Assembly (NCBI RefSeq): GCF_006345805.1
Contig: NC_042997.1
Span: 138,508,001 to 138,572,000, forward strand
Direction of reading: 5' to 3'
Length of the DNA stretch: 64,000 bases
Origin: Octopus sinensis
Lineage: Eukaryota
Positions within the stretch are counted from its first letter, which is position 1. Each line of letters begins with the position of its first letter. The notes beneath the pieces are model-generated. The model was not told the DNA's origin. It did no database searches and was given only the letters and a program-made list of their open reading frames with translations. The translations under genes and the position numbers were made by a program. This document shows, piece by piece, positions 52,916 through 64,000 of the stretch.

Positions 52916-53017
52916 TAAGTGACTATGGATGGTTTAGCAAAAAAGTTAATCTGCCAAAGCTATAGAGCCAAGCAATCAGGAAAATCAGTATACTTATACA
53001 TACATACCTACCTACTG

Positions 53018-53328
53018 TGGAGGCGCAATGGCCCAGTGGTTAGGGCAGCGGACTCATGGTCATAGGATCGCAGTTTCAACTCTCAGACTTGGTATTGTGG
53101 GTGTTTATTGAGCGAAAACGCCTAAAGCTCCACTAGGCTCCGCCAGGGGGTGGATGGTGATCCCTGCTGTACTCTTTCGCCGCAACTTTCTCTCACTCTT
53201 TCTTCTGTTGGCCTGCTCGCTTAGCCAGCGGGGTGGCGTCATTTGAAGGCTAAAACAATGCGAGGCGCATTGTGACCAGCGATGTGTAGCAACATCTGAT
53301 AGCCTGGTTGGTCACGTGATCACGCGAC
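53018..53328 (+). mobile_element. SINE family C, full length
   Basis: Matches 42814-43112. A variant with another tail is at 55252-55600. Confidence 0.93.
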
Positions 53329-55195
53329 ATACCTACTAAATTATCAAAAGTGATGGGACTATATGTCAGCTTAATCTTCTGCAAAATGGGCAAGGCATAG
53401 AGTTGTAATAATGGAGTGATTGATGGGGAGGGTATGATAAAGAGAAGAAAGATAGAAGAAGCTGAATTTACTTAGGTTCATTACCATATTAAAGACCTTG
53501 AGAAATAATGGAATAAGATTCTAAAATAAAATAAAATAGGGGTGGCAATCAAATCACAATAGAAAAAAAGGTCACAATATATGGATTCAAGTAATCCCAT
53601 AGTACTCATGAAAAATGCTCTTTAATATATTGTACAAACCATATAGAATATATAGTAATATACAAGAGAAAGGGATAACACAGACATGTAAGTAATTTAT
53701 TTATTATTGAATATAATATAAATTATTTGCATGTTTTGAGTTATGAAACAACTTGTCCTAAGTTTAGGATTTTTCTTATTCTTTTACTTGTTTCAGTCAT
53801 TTGACTGTGGCCATGCTGGAGCACCACCTTTAGTCGAGCAAATCAACCCCAGGACTTATTCTTTGTAAGCCTAGTACTTATTCTATCGGTCTCTTTTGCC
53901 GAACCACTAAGTTGCGGGGAACTAAACACACCAGCATCAGACACACAAACATATACACACACATACATATATACGACGGGCTTCTTTATTTGTTCATCAA
54001 AATATTTTTCTGTCATTTATACACACATAGAGAGGTACGCATATATGTACCTCATCAACATCATCATTTTGTAATATCCATCAACCATTGTGACATGGAT
54101 TTGACAGTTCAACAGAACAGCTCCAAGGATTGCATCATACTCCAGTGTCTGCTTTGGCATCGTTTCTATACATCTTTGATCTCTAACACCAATCACTTTA
54201 CATAGAGTCCTGGAAGCCATTATCAAAGCACCAGCATTAGTGAGATTCCCATGCAGCTTGACAAGACTAAGGCCTATGTTGACTGAATGAGACTACGAAA
54301 GAGGTGGTGTTATGCTACCGACTATAGATCCAATGTACTTTTGCAAGTACTGGTGTCTCAAGACAATATTCACATTCTTTTATTTTTACTTATCTGTCAT
54401 TAGACTGCGGGTTGAAGGGTTTTCGTCAAACATATAGACCCCAGAACATATTTCTTAGAGCCTAGTACTTATTCTATTGGTCTCTTTTGCCAAACCACTA
54501 AGTTACGTGAATGCAAACACATATAAACGATGGGCATCTTTCAGCTTTGGTCAGCCAGAGGCTATAGTAGAAGACACTTGCCCAAGGTGCCATGCAGTGG
54601 GACTGAACCTGGAACAATATGATAGGGAAGCAAGCTTTTTACCACACAACCACACCTGCACATATGTATATACTTATACCTATGCCATCATCATTTTAAT
54701 GTCAACCTTTTCCATGATAGCATGTGTGAGACAGGTTTTCTATAGCTGGATGCCCATCCTGTCACCAACCATCACCTGTTTCCAAGCAAAGTAATATTTC
54801 TCTATGGCCAGACATGCCTTCATGAAAGATTACAAATGAAGGAGACTTCTTCTATGATGGTGACACTTGTTTGCAACTATCAAGCAATGGAGACTGTAAC
54901 ACATGCACTCACACACACACATACATCATGATCATCATCGTTAAACATCCACATTCCATGCTGGTATCAGATGGACGGTTTGACTGAGGACTGGCAAGCC
55001 AGATACACACACACACATGTATACATATATATAGACATATATATCATCATCATCATCGTTTAACGTCCGTTTTCCGCGCTAGCACGGGTTGGACGGTTCG
55101 ACCGGGGTCTGGGGAGCCAGGGGCTGCTCCAGGCTCCAGTCTGATCTGGCAGTGTTTCTACAGCTGGATGCCCTTCCTAATGCCAACCACTCCAT

Positions 55196-55227
<32 letters not shown>

Positions 55228-55691
55228 CACACATACATATATACATATACATGTGGAGGCGCAATGGCCTAGTGGTTAGGGCAGTGGACTCAGGTTCATA
55301 GGATTCCCAGACTGGGTGTTGAGTGTTTATTGAGCGAAAACACCGAAAGCTCCATGTGGCTCTGGCAGGGTGGTGGAAGACTACCACCGCAACATTCTCT
55401 CACTCTTTCTTCCTGTTTCTGTGGTACCAGTATTTCAAAGGCCCAGTCTTTCTGCACTTTGTGTCATGCTGAATCTCCTCGAGAACTATGTTATGGGTAT
55501 ATGTGTCTGTGGAGTGCTCAGCCACTTGCACATTAACTTCATGAGCATGCTGTTCCGTTGATCGGATCAACTGGAACCCATTGTAACTGATGGAGTGCCA
55601 CATACATCTACATACACACACACACACACACACACATGCATATATGTATGCTCATTCACACACATGCATATTCATATATACAGATACACAT

Positions 55692-55729
<38 letters not shown>

Positions 55730-56771
55730 TCATAGAAACAGACAAGCATGCACATGTATAAACATATACACACACATCCATTTACACACATACACATATA
55801 TGTATATGCATACACAAACACACACACAAATACATATTACATGCATGACTATGCAGTACACTGCATGTACAGTGTGTGTTTTTGAGAAAATTTTTTCAAT
55901 ACACAAGTGCAATTGTTCTTCAGATCTACATTTCTTTATACAAATTCATGCCAGCGTAAAAGATATACAAAATGAATAAAAAACAAACCATATATATGAG
56001 GGTTTTATACATATAAATATATATACACATTCACACACACATTATATAGATATATATATAATATACACATTCACACACACACACACATAACCCAAAATTC
56101 ACATTCAATGTAAATGTATGTCTGTATATGTATGTGTGCATTAGTTTAGCGCCAACCAGAATGCTCATTCAGTGGAACTACAGAGATCAAAGGGACTGCA
56201 TGTATGGACGATACAAAACAGGCTCGGATGATTTACAACAGCAGCAGCAACAACAACAACAACAACATCAGTTCGGTTTAATAATTAATCTTCAGTGAAG
56301 TCTTGCTTTTCCTTTTTCTTCCGTTTTGTTTTTCCATTTTTCAAACTCTGTACTCGGAGCCATTTACAACAGAGTAGCAAATATGATGTAAGGCACCCAG
56401 ACTGGGATGGGGGCAGGGGAAGGAGGTTGGGAGGGTGCCATCGAGGCTAACGGAAATGGTATAAAAGACCAAGGCATTAAATAAAGGTTAGGGCGTCAGT
56501 AAGACATATATGTACACACGCATATATATATATACATATATATACACACATATATACACATACATATATATACATACACATACATATATATACATATATA
56601 CACATATATATATATACGATGAAAGTATAAAAAATTTATTTCTGTATCTTTCAATACATCTCAATGTTTCTAAAGCAAACTTTGTTTACTTTCATCATAA
56701 GTTGAATTTAACATTAGCGTCTTATGAAGCTAAATTTATAAGTTCTAAAATTGCAGAAGAATTCGATACTG

Positions 56772-56843
56772 GGCAGTTTAGCTTAATGGTAAAGCAACTG
56801 AGGCGTAATCACAGAGATGTGCGTTTGAGTCTCATAGCTGGCT
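56772..56843 (+). pseudogene. Decayed tRNA-Thr(CGU)-like sequence
   Basis: GGCAGTT TA GCTT AATGGTA AAGC A ACTGA GGCGTAA TCACA GAGAT GTGCG TTTGAGT CTCAT AGCTGGC has canonical 72-nt spacing, a perfect D stem and CGT at positions 34-36, with mismatches in the acceptor, anticodon and T stems. Confidence 0.6.
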
Positions 56844-56943
56844 GGTAATGTATTTTTCTGCATTGTATGGATAATTTATCCTGTTCACACTATTTTATTA
56901 GCATTATCATGCGTTTGAGAATAAAAAATTTATTTCTGTATCT

Positions 56944-56977
<34 letters not shown>

Positions 56978-57244
56978 TACACACACACACATATACATAC
57001 ACATATATATATATACACATATATACATACATATATATAAACATATACATACATATATATATATGCATATATATACATACACACATCTATATATATACAT
57101 ATGCATACATATATACATATGCATATATATACAGATACATTTATATACATATATATATATGCACATATATACATATATATTCACATATATATACATACAT
57201 AATATATACACACACACACAGATATAAATATATATACATATATA

Positions 57245-57387
57245 TAAATTTAATTTGCCAAAATATTTTTGTCACTTTGAGACCGCGACCTGTTCACTGA
57301 CAAAATTCCGTGATGCAGTAGAGAATTTTGTCAGTGAACAGGTCACGGTCTCAAAGCGACGAAAATATTTTGGCAAATTAAATTTAA
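57245..57387. repeat. ~143-bp fold-back element with ~64-bp arms and a 14-nt loop
   Basis: TAAATTTAATTTGCCAAAATATTTTTGTCACTTTGAGACCGCGACCTGTTCACTGACAAAATTC pairs with GAATTTTGTCAGTGAACAGGTCACGGTCTCAAAGCGACGAAAATATTTTGGCAAATTAAATTTA. Confidence 0.95.
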
Positions 57388-57546
57388 ATGTTGAAATGAA
57401 TCTAACGGTTTTTTGGGTTTTAAATGGATAATAAACACTTTCCATGCTGTAATTGTTTTTGTTCCAGCACAACATTTCAGATCAGGTCACTTGCTATGCA
57501 TGTACATCTCTGTAATTATGATAATTATTATTGCACTAATAATAAT

Positions 57547-60500
57547 CCTTTCTAAAATCTTGAGGGAGGGTGATAGACTATTACATCAACCCTAGTGATT
57601 GACTGATACTTATTTCATCGACCCTGAAAGGATGAAAGGCAAAGTGAACATTAGCAGAACTTGAACTCAAAACATAAAGATGGATGAAATGCTGTTGAGT
57701 ATTTTGTTCGGAGTTCTGCCAGCTTAATAAAAGTAATAATATTGGTTTCCAATTATGGCACAAGGCCAGCAATTTCAGGGGAGGGGCTGAGTGAATTACA
57801 TTGACCCCAGTGTTCAACTGGTACTTATTTTATGGACCCATTATTTGAATTGAGAACATAAAGTTTGAAGAAATGCCACTAAACATTTTGTCTGGTGTGC
57901 TAATGATTCTGCCAACTTGCTGCGTTGATAATAATAATAATCCTAGTAGAGGCAGAAGGCCTAAAATTTTGGAAGAGGGGCTACTTGATTATATTTTTCC
58001 CAGAGCATAACTGGTACTTTATTTCATCAACCCTGAAAGGATAAGAGGCAAAGTTCACCCCAACAGAATTTGAACTCAAAATGTAAACATGGATGAAAAG
58101 CTGCTAAGCACTTTACTTAGCATGATAACATTTTTGCAAGCATGCCACCTTAATAATAAATAATAAATAATAATAACAATGGTTTCAAATTTTGGCACAT
58201 GGCAAGCAATTCAACTGGTACAAAGACCCTGAAAGAACGAAAGGCTAAGTCGAACATGAAGACAGATGAAATGCCACTAAACATTTTGCCCAGCTGCAAA
58301 TGATTCTGCCTGTTTATTATATAATAACGTGTTTTGTTGTTAAAGGACTAGGGTACAGTTGATTATATCAACCCCAAAACTTCACTAGTACTTTATTTTA
58401 TCGACTCTGGAAATACAGAAGGCAAAGTTGTCCTCAGAAGGATTTGAACTCAGAATGTTGCAAGATCTTTTGTCTGACTCTCATCATTCCAGCAATCTCT
58501 TATTAAGGGCCAAAAATATAAACAAAATTGTAATTCTAATATAGACACAAGAACTGAAATTTGAGAGAGAGGAGTATAGTCACATTAGAACATTTCTAAT
58601 ATCTAACTGCTCACTTTATATTGGGTTGTCTGGAAAGTTCATGCCAATTTTTAAAGGAAAGGAAAAGGTCAATGATTTTGTTGCACAATGCGTCTTCATC
58701 CTTCCTTTAACTTGAAAATACCCTCTTCCCAGAATTGAGTTGGTTTCATGGCAAAGAATTCATCAAGGTATCTTTTTACGTCATCTAAGGAATTGAAATT
58801 TTACCATTAAGACTATTCTGCAGAGACCTGAATAAGTGGAAATCTGAAGGAGCACTATCTGGTGAATATGGAGGGTGCGGTAACACATCCCAGTCAAGCT
58901 GCAGCAATTTTTGTCTGGTTCCCAAAGAAACGTGCAGTCTTGCATTATCATGTTGGAAAACAACATCCTTCCTGTTGGCCAATTCTGGACGTTTCTCTTG
59001 AATTGTTGCCTTTAACTCGTCCAATTGTGTGCAGTATTTCTCCGAATTAATTGCCTGGTTACTTGGGAGGAGTTTTATCTGATGTTCTGATGATTCTGCC
59101 AAACCAACCACTATATGATAATGATAATTTTTTTCTACAAAAGTGCAAGGCCTGAAATTTGTAGGGTATGGAGCTTGTTGATAACTTTGACCTCAGTGTT
59201 TGACTGGTACTTATTTTATTTATCCTGAAAGATGCAAGGCAAAGCCAACCTCAACAGTATTTGAGCTTGGAACATAAAAGCAGACAAAATGCCACTAAGC
59301 ATTTCACTCAAAGCAGTAACAATTCAGCCATAATAATAACACTTTATACTTTGGACACAAGGTCTCAGATTTTATGGGAAGAGGATAGCCAAATCCATCA
59401 ATCCCAATCAGTACTTATGAAGCCCAAAAGGACAGAAGGCGAAGTCAACCTCAGTGGGATTTGAACTCAGTGTGCTAAAGATTCTGCCAGCACCCCTCTT
59501 TAATAATAATAATGGTTTCAAAGTTTGCCACAAAGGGAGCAATTTTGAGAGAGGGGATGAGTTGATTACATTAACCCTAGTGTTCAACTGGTACTTATTT
59601 GATTGAGTCCGAAAGGATGAAAGGCCAAGTCAACCTCAGTGGAATTTGAACTCAGAATGTAACAACGGGCAAAATACCACTAAGCATTTCATCCAGTGTG
59701 CTAACGTTTCAGCCAGCTTGCAACCTTAATAATAATTGTAATAATACTCATTTCTACTATAGACACAAGGCCTGAAATTTTGGAGGAGAGGACTAGTCAA
59801 TTAAATCAACCCCAGTACTCAACTGGTACTTATTTTATGGACCCTGAAAGGATGAAAGGCTAGGTCAACCCTGACAGAATTTCAATTCAGAAAGTAAAAA
59901 TGGAGAAAATGCCACTAAGCATTTCATCTGGAATGCTAACAATTCTACCAGTTTTCCACAATAATAATAATGATGATGATGATAGTTTCAAATTTTTGGC
60001 ACAAGGCCAGCAAGTTCAGGGAGGAGGTAAGTCAATTACATCAACCCCAGTTGATGGTACTCTAAGTTAAACTCAGAAAGGGGAGAGAGACAAAGATTAA
60101 CCCTCATGTAGACATAACTAAATAGCACGGTCCATTTCATCCGATGCTCTAACAACTCTATCCTGTACAATAATAATAATTTCAAATTCTGGCACAAGCA
60201 GTTTGAGGGGGGGGGAACAAGTCAATTACATTGACCCCCAGGGTTCAACAGGTACTTATTTTATTGACCCTGAAAGGATGAATGGCAAAGTCAACCTCGA
60301 CAGAATTTGAACTCCGAACACAAAGGCAGATGAAATACCACTAATCTTTTTGCCCGGTGTGCTAACTATTCTGTCAGTAATAGTATAATAATAATAATAA
60401 TAATAATTCTTTCTACTATAGGCACAAGACATGAAATTTTGGGAAGGGGGATAGTCGATTACATCAACCCTAGTACTCAACTGGTACTTAATTTATCGAC

Positions 60501-61570
60501 CCCAAAAGGATGAAAGGCAAAGTCGACCTCAGCGGAATTTGTACTCAGAATGTAGCAGCAGACAAAATAATGCGAAGCATTTCGCCTGGTGTGCTAACGA
60601 TTCTGTCAGCTTGCCACCTTAATAATAATAATAATAATAATAATCTTTTCTACTATAGGCACAAGGCCTGAAACTTTGGGGAGAGGGATAGTTGATTACA
60701 TTGACCCCAGTACTCAACTGGTACTTAATCTATCAACCCTGAATTTGAACTCAGAATGTAGCGGCAGATGAAATACTGCTAAGCATTTTGCCCGGTGTGC
60801 TAACGATTCTGCCAGCTTGCCACCTTATAATAATATAATAATAATAATAATAATATAATATAATAATAATAATAGTAGTTTCAAATTTTGGCATGAGGCT
60901 AACAATTTCGTTAGGGGAAGGGGTGTAGTTGTTGACTACATTGAACCTAGTACTTGACTGGTACATATTTTACGAAACTTGAAAAGATGAAAGGCAAAGT
61001 CAGCCTCTGCAGAATTTGAACTCAGATCATAAAGAATCAAAAGAAATGCTGCAAAGCATTTTATACGACATGCTAACTATACTGCTAGGTCACTGCCATA
61101 ATAATAATAATAACAACAACAATAATGGTTACCAATTTTACCACAAGAAGGCAGCAGTTTCAGTGGAGGGGTTGAGTTAATTACATCAACCTCAGTGTTC
61201 AACTAGTACTTATTTTATCAACCCCAAACGGATAAAAGGCAAAGTTGACCTTGGCGGAATTTGAACTCAGAACGTAGTAACAGGTGAAATACTGCTAAGC
61301 ATTTTGTCCAGTGCGTTAACGGTTCTGCCAGCTCGCTGCCTTAAATAATAATAATGATGATGATGATGATAATAATAATAATAATAATAATAATAATCCT
61401 TTCTACAATAGGCAAAAGCCTGAAATTTGGGGTAGGAGGATAATCGATTACGTCAACCTCAGTGCATAACTGGTACTTAACTTATCGACTCCAAAAGGAT
61501 GAAAGGCAAAGTCGACCTCGCTGGAATTTGAACTCAGTATGTAGCGATGGGTAAAATATTGCTAATAATA

Positions 61571-61608
<38 letters not shown>

Positions 61609-62101
61609 TATTATTATTATCCTCATTACTTTTAATTTTGGCATAAGGCCAGAAATTTTAGAGAAGCAAGTTGACTACATTGGCCCAGCACTTGACTGGT
61701 ACTTATTTTATCAAACCCAAAAAAGGATGTAAGGCAGAGTTTACCTTGGCAGAATGTGAACCCAAAATGTGAAGAGTCAAAACTGATGCCGCTAAGTATT
61801 TTGTTTGATGCATTAACGATTAAGTTGATGATACTGATTTTTAACACAGACAGAAGGGTTTTAATTTGGCAGAGAGTTGGTGTATATGTGTATGTGTGTG
61901 TGTGTGAGGTGGGGGGGTATGGTTGATTATATCAACCCTACATGATGTAATTTGACTATATATACCGAGTCCTTTGTTTCTATCAACCCAGGAAGGATGA
62001 AAAGCAAAGTCAACAGCAGCAGTATTTGAATTTCGAATGTAAAGCACTGGAAAAAATTACTGTAAAGCATTCTTTCTGACGCTCTAATGATTCCACTAGC
62101 C
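57547..62101 (-). mobile_element. Head-to-tail chain of about 19 family-D SINEs separated by (TAA)n linkers
   Basis: Repeated ~130-260-bp units containing ACTGGTACTTATTTTATCGACCC and GAAAGGATGAAAGGCAAAGTC and GAATTTGAACTCAGAA, all in one orientation, each separated by a TAA/TGA/CAA triplet run. Confidence 0.95.
58621..59075 (-). mobile_element. Mariner (DD34D) 3' fragment with one TIR, inserted in a chain unit
   Basis: TA at 58619-58620, then TTGGGTTGTCTGGAAAGTTCATGCC. Peptide [51 protein letters not shown] has exactly 34 residues between the last two catalytic Asp. Confidence 0.95.
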
Positions 62102-62249
62102 CATGATGATGATAATAATCATATAGCTAGTAATAATTCCTCAAGAACTGGTCTGATTGTTTCGAGTTGAAGCATCTATGCAGACATAGGTTATGATTAG
62201 AAAGTTACTGACATATGGAGAATGTCACGGGTTAGTTATACTGTAGGGC

Positions 62250-62330
<81 letters not shown>

Positions 62331-63142
62331 TATCTATATGATAGATACAGCTCATACTTTCGGTACACATAAGCCTCCTAGTAAATGCCTGTATGTATAA
62401 CCATACTGATCTACACAGGGGTGTATACAAATGTGCATACACTGCCACTAGGGTATGTGCAATTTGCTTAAAATAACTGTGAAGGACACATTGGAAGAAA
62501 AATAAATGGGAAGGCCACATCTGCAATGTCCGATCATAGGTCTACTTGTCTCGAGCTGAGTTGAGGCTACACAAAAATGTGTGCGCAAACACTAGCATAA
62601 ATGTGTGTATAACGGTACAAACATAAAAAACACACCCTGGAATTCACATACGCATACCACCTGTACAGATATACATATACACACGTATGTACTCACACAC
62701 ACACACACTCGCAATCATAAAGACAAGTATAAAGAAGTGCGCACTTATAAGTTCATGTCCCAACTACATTCAGTGGTGAAGAGCTTATGTACACACATTA
62801 ACAAAACGCTATATGAATATACACACACTCAATAAAAGGGTGTGGACACACAACGTACAGTTTGATAACATGCACATACATCACACAAGAATAAAAATGA
62901 AACACGCTCAACTACACAAACAAAATTTCAAAGATATATATATATACGTATACACACATATAGATAAACAGATATACACCCATATAGATAGATAAACAGA
63001 TATAAGTATTATACATACATATATATACACTGTTCCATGTTGATAAGCAAGCAGCAACAAGTAAACTGGTATACCGACCGATGCATACAAGGACATATAA
63101 TTACAAAACACATACAGACACACGCATGCATACACATACATA

Positions 63143-63540
63143 CGCACGCATGCGCATACATTCAGTTAACTACATATCCAGATAGAGCAATGTATTTACA
63201 CACACACACACACATACATACAAACACATGTAGGCACATACATACACGCGCATGCGCATATATTCAAGTATCTATATACAAATATTGCAATATGTATGTG
63301 CGTGTGGGTATACATATATACACATGTATATATACATGCACACATACACATGCGCATGCATACAGATGTGCATGGATACACATACATGCACATGCACGTA
63401 CATTTGGCTAGCTACATCCAGATGCAGCAATGTATATATATAAATATATATATGTATATATACACACAAATGTATAAACATATATACACGCGCATGCGCA
63501 TACATTCAAGAAACTATATCTAGATACTGCAATATATATG

Positions 63541-63590
<50 letters not shown>

Positions 63591-63917
63591 TATGCATTCA
63601 TGTGCATACATTCAACTAACTACATCCAGATACAGCAATATATTTATACAAATATACACACACACACACACACATACACAGATGTATACACATACATACA
63701 TGCGCATGCGCATACATTCAAGTAACTATATCCAGACACTGCAATACACATGTGTATGTATGTATCTATCTATATATATACACACACACACATGCGCATG
63801 TACATACATGCAGTTAACTATATCCAGATATAGCTACATACACAAATACGCACACATGTGCATGCATGCAAACACATACATAAACATTCAGCTAACTATA
63901 TTCAGATACAGCAATAC
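63143..63917. repeat. Eight ~45-bp conserved repeats separated by microsatellite spacers
   Basis: Consensus approximately GCGCATGCGCATACATTCA(A)GT(T)AACTA(C/T)ATCCAGATAC(A/T)GCAAT, starting near 63143, 63247, 63385, 63489, 63592, 63701, 63793 and 63880. Confidence 0.85.
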
Positions 63918-64000
63918 ATACATATATACATAATTATATATATATATTTATATATATTTTATATATATATATATATATACCTATATACATGTACACACAC

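Noticed and set aside
56148-56387. Poly-Q/poly-N frames around the (CAG)(CAA)n tract and a possible 15-nt micro-exon at 56373-56387
   Set aside because: All frames are short and driven by the triplet repeat; there is no way to choose a frame without transcript data.

Overview
AT-rich, repeat-dominated eukaryotic DNA. The repeat families look like those of Octopus; this is recognition from memory, not a database search. No intact host protein-coding gene can be supported, and nearly all supplied ORFs are microsatellite or SINE read-through. The only clear coding remnants are three dead Tc1/mariner-superfamily transposases (19975-20784, 40555-42282, 58621-59075). The rest is tRNA-headed SINEs of several families, piggyBac-, hAT- and pogo-type MITEs, a probable LINE 3' end inserted in (TAA)n, a near-complete 5S rRNA copy, two decayed tRNA-Thr-like sequences, and many micro/minisatellites. 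The most unusual items are: (1) a ~4.6-kb chain of about 19 same-orientation, mutually diverged SINEs linked by (TAA)n; (2) a 5S rRNA head fused to a SINE-type 3' tail; (3) a tRNA-headed element with a decayed hammerhead ribozyme core; (4) several short fold-back palindromes, some ending in a hammerhead/Penelope-like GAAAC-palindrome-UC motif; (5) a tRNA-Thr-centred element bounded by direct repeats, present twice; (6) a 38-bp hairpin minisatellite; (7) a repeat-spacer array carrying NRF1-type GCGCATGCGC motifs. Coordinates were counted by hand, and degenerate element edges may be off by 10-20 bp.
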